Shown: one piece after another, positions 47,673-55,931 of the stretch
Layout: each line of letters opens with the position of its first letter
Numbering within the stretch: position 1 is the stretch's first letter
Source of the DNA: a virus
Lineage: Duplodnaviria; Caudoviricetes
DNA length: 64,000 bases
Virus record (IMG/VR): IMGVR_UViG_3300035661_000005
Direction: 5' to 3' (one strand)
Notes under the pieces: generated by a model
Databases searched by the model: none
Told to the model about the DNA's origin: nothing
Seen by the model: the letters and a program-made list of their open reading frames with translations, nothing else
Made by a program: the position numbers and the translations under genes

Positions 47673-48573
47673 GGTCACGGATGCCACGTCGCTGATCGGC
47701 GAAGTGCTGACGCTCGACTACTTCCATCCGGCGAAGAACGGCGCCATCCCGATCCCTGCGCACTTCGTCCGCGGTCCGGCGGAGACCCCGCTCGTCCTCG
47801 TGGTCGGTGAGAACGCGTCGGGCAAGTCGTTCATCCGTCGTCTGGTGACGGCAGTCTGCCGCGAGGTTTCCATCGAGTGTATCCACACCTCGATGGAGGG
47901 CCGCGGGGGCTCTTACGGTGGACTGCGGGGGTTCATCTACGGGGACGAGTCGTGGAAGTCGACGGGGGTGAACTCCGTGGGCACTGTTAGCATGGGGATC
48001 CGTACGTGCCTGGCCCGTGAGAAGTCGCACGTGGTCTTCTGGGACGAGCCTGATCTCGGCCTCTCGGAGAACGGGGCGGCCGGCGTGGGTCAGGCGATCG
48101 CGAGCTACGCGATGAGCCCGAACCCGAAGACGGTTGCGGCCGTCGTCGTGACGCACTCGAAGCCGCTCGTGCAGGAGATCCTGCATCAGTTGACCCCGCA
48201 CTACCTCCACCTCGGTGTGGGTCCTCTCAAGGCGCCCGCGACGCTCGCCGACTGGATCAAGATGCCGGTCGTCCCTCGATCGATCGAAGACATCGAGAAG
48301 GAGGGCCTTCGTCGCTTCAAGTTGATCCAGGCGATCCTGAACAAAAAAGAAAGACTCGTGACTCGCCATCGTGCAGCCAGCTCGTACGGGCACCTCATCC
48401 TGCATCTGGGGGCGGGGAGCTTCCGCATCTCGTGGACGGTGGATCGCTACTACGCGGGTAGCCGTCTTCGATATCCGCGCGGCTTCGAGCGCGTCACGGA
48501 TCTGGCGGGCGCGCGGCGGTTCGCGCGCAAGCACGGTCTCCCGGCCCCTGACTCCAAGGAACATGCGTTATGA
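47647..48573 (+). CDS. P-loop ATPase (ABC/AAA_21-like) with C-terminal extension
   Basis: VVGENASGKS, VVFWDEPDLGLS, VVVTHS. Confidence 0.7.
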   Translation: MSKSRRYFEVTDATSLIGEVLTLDYFHPAKNGAIPIPAHFVRGPAETPLVLVVGENASGKSFIRRLVTAVCREVSIECIHTSMEGRGGSYGGLRGFIYGDESWKSTGVNSVGTVSMGIRTCLAREKSHVVFWDEPDLGLSENGAAGVGQAIASYAMSPNPKTVAAVVVTHSKPLVQEILHQLTPHYLHLGVGPLKAPATLADWIKMPVVPRSIEDIEKEGLRRFKLIQAILNKKERLVTRHRAASSYGHLILHLGAGSFRISWTVDRYYAGSRLRYPRGFERVTDLAGARRFARKHGLPAPDSKEHAL

Positions 48574-50768
48574 CCGACAAGCTGGCGCGCCCCAGGATGG
48601 CGGACGAGGTTCTCCGTGGGGACGAACCGGAGATCGGCCGTTGGTACTGGGTCCGTGACGATGCGGACGATGAGCCGTGTCTCGCGTGCGTTGTCACGAT
48701 GGGCTCGAACTTCATCGGCCTTGAGGGGGTTGGTTGCGCCACGCGTATCCACAACGACGACTTCTGGTCCCGTTGTACCTACGAGCCCAACGCCGAGCAG
48801 GTCATCCAGGGGAAGATTCGCGGCTACCAGGAGAACACGAAGCTCCTGGTGCGTAAGGTGCAGGAGATCACGTCGCGTCTCGCGATCACGCCGGGGCTCG
48901 CGCTCTCGGACGGTCAGCCCGAGAAGACGGAGACCGCACTTGTCGCGATGCGTGGGGAGATGCGTCCGGCGAGCGAGTACAAGGCGGCGCTCATCAAAGC
49001 GAAGAAAGAGGATCTCCCGCAGCTCTTCCAAGAGATCGAGAGCAACAACACGGCGATGGGCAGGTGGATGAAGGCCACGCTCATCCCGCTTCGGGCGCAG
49101 GCGGAGGGCCTGAAGTCCACCATTGGAGCGATCGAAGAGCGCATCTTCTCGGTCGAGCTGTACGCAGGTCTCGTTGAGACGGTCACGCAGTTCGCGGACG
49201 GCGCGCCCGCACCGACCCACGAGAAGATCCATCTCTTCCAGCGCCGGCACTACATGGACGAAGAGTGCCTCGTCAACTACGAGACGGGTGGGATGGAGTT
49301 CGCGAACCTCGGCGAGTTCGATCAGTGGCTCGCGCGCCCCGTGAACCGTGATCGCATCCTGCCGTACCCGCGCACCATCGCGGCTTTTCAGGTCCGGCGA
49401 AACCGGAAGGGACGTGACACGCTTAGCCTCAGTGACTTCATCAGTGTCATGGAGTTGGACAAGGCTGACAAGGCGACCTTCCTCTACATCCGCAACGGCG
49501 AGCAGCTCTTCCGCCTGGGCACGGAGATCGACTTCGGGGAGAGACTCTTCCTCGATCTCGATCAGCAGCTCGTCGACCGCGGGACGATCTGGGTCAAGAT
49601 GTCCTGCGGGAAAGTGAAGCGGATGATCTCCGATCACGAGTACCAGGCGATGCTCGAAGAAGAGCGTCGTATTGACGCGGAGTGGGAAAAAGCACCCGAG
49701 ACAGAGAGGTGGCGGCACTCGCACTTTCACGAGACGAGCGAGTACCAGCCCTTCGATCGCTCGAACGTCTACTACGACGAGATCGTGAAGCACCTCGCGG
49801 ATGAGGCCGCGCGCCACAACCGGCTCGTGCTCGTTCTCCAGGGGCTCCTCGATCGATCCCCGGTCATGCACCCGCACCCTGCGTGGTCGCTGTGGACGCC
49901 GGAAGGCTTCACGGCGGGCCTGACGCTCGTCTACGACGATTCTCGTGCTCTGGTCGCGGGGGAGCGCCCGGACTTCGAGGCCTATCGTGCGCGACTGAAT
50001 GCCTCGTTGAAGGCGGGGTCCATCACGGTCGGGCAGGACGACGCCTGGGCCCGTGCGGAAGCCGACAAGGAGTACGAGCGCGAGAGCGCGCGGGGACACG
50101 GGAGTTACCGCCCGACGCACCACCGGCCCTACGGCAACCCCGGCCCCGGGATGCTGGCTCGTGTGGTGCGGTACGCGCCGCGTGCGAAGACCTGCACCTA
50201 CGAATGGGAGCGGCAGCGTCGGACCTACGACGAGGACTACTACAAGGGTCGCCGCACGGTCCCCGTGTCGTTCACGACGGAGACCTCGAACATCTTGAAC
50301 GTCGACGCCTACCGGCCCGGCGACTTCAAGATGTTCTTCAACGACCCGCGCACGCGTGCGGACTACCTGGAGTGGGCGCCGCTGCTCTTGGAGGCCGAGG
50401 AGTACCACGCGGGCAACCGCAAGGTGCAGGAGCCCCCGGTCCCGACCGTCCGCAAGAAGTCCGAAGAGGGTTCCTGGGAGTACGAGAAGCGCAAGTGTCG
50501 TCGAGCCTTGCGAGGGAAGGCGGTGCGCCTTACCCGCGCCGTCACGACGCGGGGCGGGACCAAGTACGAGGTCGGCTCCCTCTGGCGCGTGACGGGCAGT
50601 CACGGCGATCTTTGTACGATCACGGGCATCACGCCGGACGGCAAGACTGAGATGAACGACGCAGGTTGCGTCGCGCGTCTTGTTTGCAACGTCGACTCCT
50701 ACTCGTTCGACGTGGACGAGACGATCCCGAAGGCACCGAAGGCACCGAAGCACGACGACGAGTCGTAG
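48570..50768 (+). CDS. Hypothetical protein, 732 aa
   Basis: Long ORF with strong codon bias; coiled N-terminal half. Confidence 0.7.
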   Translation: MTDKLARPRMADEVLRGDEPEIGRWYWVRDDADDEPCLACVVTMGSNFIGLEGVGCATRIHNDDFWSRCTYEPNAEQVIQGKIRGYQENTKLLVRKVQEITSRLAITPGLALSDGQPEKTETALVAMRGEMRPASEYKAALIKAKKEDLPQLFQEIESNNTAMGRWMKATLIPLRAQAEGLKSTIGAIEERIFSVELYAGLVETVTQFADGAPAPTHEKIHLFQRRHYMDEECLVNYETGGMEFANLGEFDQWLARPVNRDRILPYPRTIAAFQVRRNRKGRDTLSLSDFISVMELDKADKATFLYIRNGEQLFRLGTEIDFGERLFLDLDQQLVDRGTIWVKMSCGKVKRMISDHEYQAMLEEERRIDAEWEKAPETERWRHSHFHETSEYQPFDRSNVYYDEIVKHLADEAARHNRLVLVLQGLLDRSPVMHPHPAWSLWTPEGFTAGLTLVYDDSRALVAGERPDFEAYRARLNASLKAGSITVGQDDAWARAEADKEYERESARGHGSYRPTHHRPYGNPGPGMLARVVRYAPRAKTCTYEWERQRRTYDEDYYKGRRTVPVSFTTETSNILNVDAYRPGDFKMFFNDPRTRADYLEWAPLLLEAEEYHAGNRKVQEPPVPTVRKKSEEGSWEYEKRKCRRALRGKAVRLTRAVTTRGGTKYEVGSLWRVTGSHGDLCTITGITPDGKTEMNDAGCVARLVCNVDSYSFDVDETIPKAPKAPKHDDES

Positions 50769-50786
50769 CTGGTGTACGTGAGCGGT

Positions 50787-50993
50787 ATGACGACTCGTCC
50801 TACCCCCACCCTCGCGGAACTGCGCGCGCTCTGTAAAGTCGTCTCGACCTGGGTTGACGAGAACCACGTCTACGACGCGGAGACTCTCTACCGGCGTACC
50901 CTGGAGCGAGGGAAACACCGGGTGCTGGCGAGAGAGCTGGGATCAAGTTTTACTGCCGATCTTGTGACAGGATTTCGCACGCGGACGTGGTAG
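50787..50993 (+). CDS. Small ORF whose 3' end is supplied by the tnpB remnant
   Basis: ATG after the TGGTGTACG motif; composition shifts at about 50940. Confidence 0.4.
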   Translation: MTTRPTPTLAELRALCKVVSTWVDENHVYDAETLYRRTLERGKHRVLARELGSSFTADLVTGFRTRTW

Positions 50994-51191
50994 GAGGGAT
51001 CAACTTGCTCGGACGTTCCGAGGACAAACAAGTCGGTCCTGATGATCACCCGTCTGTAGTGAAAGCCATCTTGAGAGAGCGATACCGGATTCGCCGGGAC
51101 AGTTCCTCAAGGGGTAATTTCGCGCTCGTACCGTCGAGCCGGAGGCTTACTACCGAGGGATCTCTTTCGAGAGATATCGGCACAGCTTCAA
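50930..51191 (+). mobile_element. tnpB: IS200/IS605 right-end remnant: tnpB C-terminal fragment, omegaRNA-like region and right end
   Basis: A start-less frame reads ERAGIKFYCRSCDRISHADVVGGINLLGRS (TnpB Zn-finger/RuvC-III pattern); hairpin at 51153-80; TTCAA at 51187-91; lower GC than flanks. Confidence 0.7.
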
Positions 51192-51262
51192 ATCAGGTGG
51201 CAGCTCATGCATAAGTTTGAGTAACTTCCCGAGTACGGTCCCTGCACTACGACCCTACCCCC

Positions 51263-51373
51263 ATGACGATCGATCTCTCCGGGGACGTGCTCGACTTCCG
51301 ACTCTACGACCGGGACAACGGAGTGGGGGCTGGGGAGAGCGCCGTGCTCGACGCCCTCACGCGCCCATCCTAA
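51263..51373 (+). CDS. Small ORF or gene fragment (MTIDLSGDVLDFRLYDRDNG...)
   Basis: 36 aa with coding-like codon bias. Confidence 0.35.
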   Translation: MTIDLSGDVLDFRLYDRDNGVGAGESAVLDALTRPS

Positions 51374-51557
51374 CGACTTCTCTTATCGGAGGCCCTGGAT
51401 AAGACCACCGCCTCGAAAGTCGTTCAGCGGGCGTTGGGGATCGGTAAGCTGGTTCGGCCCAACTTCCAGCAGATCGCCAGGTTCAGCGTGGGCCTCCCGA
51501 CAGAAACGCTGAGTACGGTTTCCGGCAGGTCTTCCTCTATTCCATCTAGGCACGATC

Positions 51558-52352
51558 ATGGACCCCAAGGCACCCAAGGTTATGGCCCGGTTCGCAGCGG
51601 CGGTCCTGCCGTTCAAGCCGAAGCCGAAAGTCCCAACCACGACGATTCGCGGGGACAAGTACGTCCTCTCGACCTTCGGTGGGATGCTCGGTGACCGGGA
51701 GGATGACGAGGCCAGCATGTTCGGCGGGCGTCTCATCGGACCGCCCCCGGGTGCGAACAAGTGGTGCTACCTCTGGGTCTACGATACCGAGCGCCAGGTC
51801 GTGGCCATGTGGCGGGCTTCGGACGGGGACGAGAAGTACCACGGGTCCCCCCGTTCCGCGACGAGCTACATCGTCATGCTGGACAAGCGGGGGCAGCTCA
51901 ACCGCGTCACCAACGCCGAATTCCGGGTCATCGAGTCCGAGATGCGGCAGCGGGAGGACGCGGCCATCAAGAGCATGCAGCAGACACTCGAAGAGGCCAA
52001 GAGCGAGGCCGAGCGTTCGCTCGACGACTACATTCGGACCTTCTTCGAGAAGTTCGTCCTGCCGAAGCTCCTTCGGGGCCTCTCGGACGTGAAGTCTGGG
52101 GCGACGCCGATCGGGTTCCGGCCGTTCGGACCGGCGGCGGAGGGTGATGCGGCTTGGCTCCTTCGGCAGAAGTCCAGTTACGTCCTCGGGGAGGTGTTCA
52201 AGCGCGAGATGGACCCAGAGAAGGTCGTCATGTGGCTCGAAGGACAGGGCTTCAACGTCGGCATCGTCCACAACCAGGCGATCGATTGGGCGATCGGGGA
52301 CGTGCGGGACGAGGCTGCGGAGAGGTACTTGCCCAAGGCGCCGTACGTTTGA
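51558..52352 (+). CDS. Hypothetical protein with N-terminal KVMARF motif (putative virion cargo)
   Basis: 264 aa; begins MDPKAPKVMARFAAA. Confidence 0.65.
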   Translation: MDPKAPKVMARFAAAVLPFKPKPKVPTTTIRGDKYVLSTFGGMLGDREDDEASMFGGRLIGPPPGANKWCYLWVYDTERQVVAMWRASDGDEKYHGSPRSATSYIVMLDKRGQLNRVTNAEFRVIESEMRQREDAAIKSMQQTLEEAKSEAERSLDDYIRTFFEKFVLPKLLRGLSDVKSGATPIGFRPFGPAAEGDAAWLLRQKSSYVLGEVFKREMDPEKVVMWLEGQGFNVGIVHNQAIDWAIGDVRDEAAERYLPKAPYV

Positions 52353-52416
52353 TCGGGCACGCTCCTGGGCTGTAGAGGGGCTGTCAGATCCTCCACCCCG
52401 CGGGCGTCTAAGGAGC

Positions 52417-52995
52417 ATGCAGAACATCCGCCTCGCCCACGCCAACATCGTCTCCGCGTTCGACCACGTTACCGTGGGCTCGAAGGTGATCGACCACGAC
52501 GGCTTCCTCCTGGCCGCGTGCGAGGCGATCCGAGCGTTCGACTTCGTCAGCCAGAAGGTCCCCGGGCAGGGGTTCATCATGTGCCCGGCCGCGGTCCCCT
52601 TCGTCTTGGCCGGCGCCGGCAAGAGGACCAAGGACCCGAACGACTTCGTTCTCCGTGTGTACCGGGGGGAGGTCCAGCCCTTCCTCCGCCGGGAGAAGGC
52701 GGCGCCGGTCGAGGGCTGCGCCCTGGTGATCTACACCAAGGAGGCGTACCTCGCGGCCCCAGATGTCGCTAGGGAGCCCGAGGAGGTCGCCCGCATCCAG
52801 GCGGAGGACCCGACCCACGTGGTCGTGGCGGTCCTGGCGTTCGCCGGCCCGAAGCCCCCGCTGACGCCCTACCGGCTCGTCCACAACCTCGCCGGGGGCA
52901 ACAAGGAGGCCCTCGTGTGGACGGCGGACGAGATCCGCGAGAAGGCGGTCGAGTCCCTCGCGTACGACCGCGAGTGGGCGACCGTGGCCGACTGA
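52417..52995 (+). CDS. Hypothetical protein, distantly DUF3228-like
   Basis: AGGAG RBS; LVIYTKE, PPLTPYRLVHNL and C-terminal W..VAD resemble DUF3228 motifs. Confidence 0.5.
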   Translation: MQNIRLAHANIVSAFDHVTVGSKVIDHDGFLLAACEAIRAFDFVSQKVPGQGFIMCPAAVPFVLAGAGKRTKDPNDFVLRVYRGEVQPFLRREKAAPVEGCALVIYTKEAYLAAPDVAREPEEVARIQAEDPTHVVVAVLAFAGPKPPLTPYRLVHNLAGGNKEALVWTADEIREKAVESLAYDREWATVAD

Positions 52996-53041
52996 CGGGC
53001 GGTTCTACTTGTGAGGGAGGCTTCCGGTAGGAGCATCCCTC

Positions 53042-53251
53042 ATGCCGTCTCCGGTCGATCGTTACCACGACGAGGTCAAGAAGAACAACCCGGACTACTC
53101 CGAAGAGCAAGCCTGGGCGACCGCGTGGAGCATCTACTGCAAGCACAAGAACCCGGGTTCGGACTCGTGCAAGAAGCCGACGTCCGAGTATCTGAAGGGC
53201 AAGGAGGCTTCCCTTGCCCTTCGCGTCGTCGCCCGGTTCACCAGCCGCTAG
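53042..53251 (+). CDS. ChaB-like small protein ending in RVVARF
   Basis: YSEEQAWATAW resembles the ChaB helix; C-terminal ALRVVARFTSR. Confidence 0.55.
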   Translation: MPSPVDRYHDEVKKNNPDYSEEQAWATAWSIYCKHKNPGSDSCKKPTSEYLKGKEASLALRVVARFTSR

Positions 53252-53455
53252 CGGTCCAGCAGCCACTCGGGGACCGACCCACCCTGCGCCCCGTACTCGG
53301 CGCGCTTCTGCGCCCCGTAGGCGGCTGCCGCGACCCTCTTCGGCTTTCGCCTCGGCGGCTTTCGCCTCGGCGGTCCGCCAGTCGGGAGCGGGCGTTGATC
53401 AACCGGCCCTCGTCATTGTAGGTGTCTACGTGGTTGATCCCGAATGGTGTAAGAG

Positions 53456-54292
53456 ATGAGTGTGCGATCCGGCCGCCTTCTCCGTATGCCGTACTCTCTT
53501 TCCCGGTGGACAGACGTCCCTGCGGCGAAGTGGGAATGGTTCAAGGATCGGCTGGCCGAGGGCCACATGCTCGCCTTCAACCCCCAGGACGCGATCCCGT
53601 CCCGGTGGAGCTTGAAGCCCGCCGAGACGCTCGGACTGGTCTTCTGGACCAAGGATCCCTCGAACCTGATCGCGGACGCGGCGATCCTCCAAGACTTCCT
53701 CGTAAAGATCCACGTCACCGTGACCGGCTGGGGGGAGGTCGAGAAGGGTGCGCCGAGCCTTGCGCAAGGAGCACAATTGCTCTGCGAGGCGGCGCGGACG
53801 TTCGGAGCCGGGAACGTCACGTGGCGCTTTTCCCCTGTGCCCCTCGTCCCGGACGTGGTCGATCGGTTCCAGCGGATCGCTGCGATGGCCGAGGACGCGG
53901 GTGTGCAGAGCGTCTACCTGAGCTTCTTGCAGACGAACGACCGCATGGCAGAGACGCGAACCGCCGAGGAGCGTTTCGTCATCCTCCAGGAGATCGCCAA
54001 GAGCGCGGGGGGCCGGGGGATCAATGTGCGCCTGTGCAACGAGGACGGCCTGCTCCGTGGACGGGTGGACCTGTCCCCGAACCTGACCACGGGAATCTGC
54101 GCACCCCCCGAGGATTTTGCGTTATCGGGTTCGGCCAAGGCACCCGCGGAAGGCTGCGGGTGCGTCTTGATGGTGGACCCCTTCACCGTGAACGAGACTT
54201 GTTCTATCGGATGCCAATACTGCTACGCTGCGGACGAGACGCTTTCACCTCGGAAGCGGAACACGACTCGCAGCCTGCCCGTAGTACCATGA
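53456..54292 (+). CDS. DUF1848-family (radical-SAM-related) protein
   Basis: SLSRWTDVPA, LVFWTKDP, WRFSPV, GCGC, CSIGCQYCYA. Confidence 0.8.
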   Translation: MSVRSGRLLRMPYSLSRWTDVPAAKWEWFKDRLAEGHMLAFNPQDAIPSRWSLKPAETLGLVFWTKDPSNLIADAAILQDFLVKIHVTVTGWGEVEKGAPSLAQGAQLLCEAARTFGAGNVTWRFSPVPLVPDVVDRFQRIAAMAEDAGVQSVYLSFLQTNDRMAETRTAEERFVILQEIAKSAGGRGINVRLCNEDGLLRGRVDLSPNLTTGICAPPEDFALSGSAKAPAEGCGCVLMVDPFTVNETCSIGCQYCYAADETLSPRKRNTTRSLPVVP

Positions 54293-54543
54293 CCGAAGAG
54301 GACTCCCCCGACCTATCGGACTCGGACATCGCAACCGCCCTCCCGTGCGCAAGTGCATTGGAGCTGGCCTCGAAGATCCACACGCTCGTTTGCTCGACGT
54401 GCCAGGCGAAGGTGGCCGTCACGGCTCACGCTCGTCGAGTCCGGCTCCCGCACACGTACTGGCGGGTTGCCCTCGTGTGTCGGAACGGGCACCATGAGAA
54501 TCGACACTTCCAAGCGGACTGGGTGAACGGAGTCGCTGGATGA
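54289..54543 (+). CDS. Small Zn-ribbon protein
   Basis: CSTC...CRNGH; ATGA overlap with the upstream gene. Confidence 0.55.
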   Translation: MTEEDSPDLSDSDIATALPCASALELASKIHTLVCSTCQAKVAVTAHARRVRLPHTYWRVALVCRNGHHENRHFQADWVNGVAG

Positions 54544-54557
54544 ACGGAGTCGCTGGA
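54524..54557. repeat. 17-bp perfect tandem duplication at a gene junction
   Basis: TGAACGGAGTCGCTGGA x2. Confidence 0.9.
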
Positions 54558-54991
54558 TGAGCTGCCCCAACTGTCACAAGACCCCCTGCGGCTGCTTCCA
54601 GAACGTCCGGCCGGGGAAGGATCCCGTCCCGGCGCCGACCGTCTGCGACCCATACCCGACGCCGCTCTCCAAGTGCATGCCGCTGAAGGAGCCGAACGTC
54701 TGGATCGAGCGGGGGGACAACTCGGGGAGCGAGAACGCCCCCGGCATCTGCCTCCTCGACACGATGTCCGAGGAGCAGGTCATCTTCGTCCTCGAACGGG
54801 ACCAGAAGGCCCGGGTGGACCTCCTCAAGGTGACGAACGACCCCCGGCTCCTGGAGCTGGCGCGGACGGTCGAGCCTCTCCCGACGCAAGAGGAGATGGA
54901 CATGCACCAGAAGTGGTTCAACCGTTCCGATTCCCCGACCTCGATCCCCTTCTACGCCATCTTCCGGGGTCAGCCCCCGTTCGCTCAGTAG
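54557..54991 (+). CDS. Hypothetical Cys/Pro-rich protein, 144 aa
   Basis: Begins MSCPNCHKTPCGC; strong codon bias. Confidence 0.65.
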   Translation: MSCPNCHKTPCGCFQNVRPGKDPVPAPTVCDPYPTPLSKCMPLKEPNVWIERGDNSGSENAPGICLLDTMSEEQVIFVLERDQKARVDLLKVTNDPRLLELARTVEPLPTQEEMDMHQKWFNRSDSPTSIPFYAIFRGQPPFAQ

Positions 54992-54994
54992 CCC

Positions 54995-55285
54995 ATGTCC
55001 ATCGCCCGCAAGATCGCCCGGGAGCAAGCCTTTCGGGCTTCCAAGGTCGACGTAGCCAAGCTCCTGTCGGCCCTCCAAGGGCTTCCGCCGCAGCTTGAGG
55101 GGGTAGGGGAGGCCATTGCAGCCATGCAGGGCTTGCAGGGGATCCTTGGGGAGATGACGACCGGCGTGTCGGCCCTCAAGGCCCGCCTGGATGAGCTGGA
55201 ATTCATCGTGTCCACGGCCCTCGGGCCGGACAACATGGCAGAGCTGCGCGCAGCCCATGCAAAGCAGAAGGGCGATGTCGGATGA
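54995..55285 (+). CDS. Hypothetical coiled-coil protein, 96 aa
   Basis: Codon bias; helical heptad pattern. Confidence 0.55.
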   Translation: MSIARKIAREQAFRASKVDVAKLLSALQGLPPQLEGVGEAIAAMQGLQGILGEMTTGVSALKARLDELEFIVSTALGPDNMAELRAAHAKQKGDVG

Positions 55286-55509
55286 GCCGGGTACGCACGC
55301 TGACGGGGGCGAAGAGGCCGCGCGGTCCGGTGGACCCGCAGGGGTGGAACCAGCTCATGCTGCAGGTGATCGCCCGGTGCGAGAAGCTGGGGGCCCCGGA
55401 CCTACCCGGACTTCGGGCAGCCCTGAGCCAGGGGAAGGCCGAGCAACTGCTTCGCCGCCTGGGCATCATCAGCCAAGCGGACATCGATCGGGAGTTTCCG
55501 CACAGGTAG
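55282..55509 (+). CDS. Hypothetical protein, 75 aa
   Basis: ATGA overlap; good codon bias. Confidence 0.55.
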   Translation: MSRVRTLTGAKRPRGPVDPQGWNQLMLQVIARCEKLGAPDLPGLRAALSQGKAEQLLRRLGIISQADIDREFPHR

Positions 55510-55802
55510 ACCCGGGGGACCTTCTCCGGTCATTCGAGACGGGCGACCCGGCGATCGTCTACCGGGAGGCTCAGCGTCTGGCTCGGGCATACCACGAGCT
55601 GACCATCGAGGCCGCGCGGCTTCGATTCAGGCTGAATTTCAGTACCCCCATTTGTGAAAATTGCGACGGGCTCAAGGCGGGTCCCGGTGTGGTGGCGACC
55701 TGTTACCAGATCCGGCAGTGCCACTTCCGGAACGTGAGGGAGGGGGACGAGTCGGAGAGGCAGAGACGAATTCTGGCGTCCATTACCCAGAAAGTCTCTT
55801 GA
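55506..55802 (+). other. Coding-like frame (CENC...C....C) with no canonical start at its boundary
   Basis: Coding-like from GTA GAC CCG at 55506; the upstream part of the same frame lies under 55282-55509. Confidence 0.4.
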
Positions 55803-55931
55803 CGATCCCATTTCCATGTGTTTCTACTAGAAACCTAGACGGGGATCAGATCACCTCGGAGCCGACCGCACCTGGTCTGCAGAGCCACCGGCGATCAGAT
55901 CAACACCCAGATCAAGAAAGAGCAGGATTCC

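Noticed and set aside
50987-51214. 75-aa ORF called in the track
   Set aside because: It is the tail of the tnpB pseudo-frame reading through the RNA scaffold, not an independent gene.
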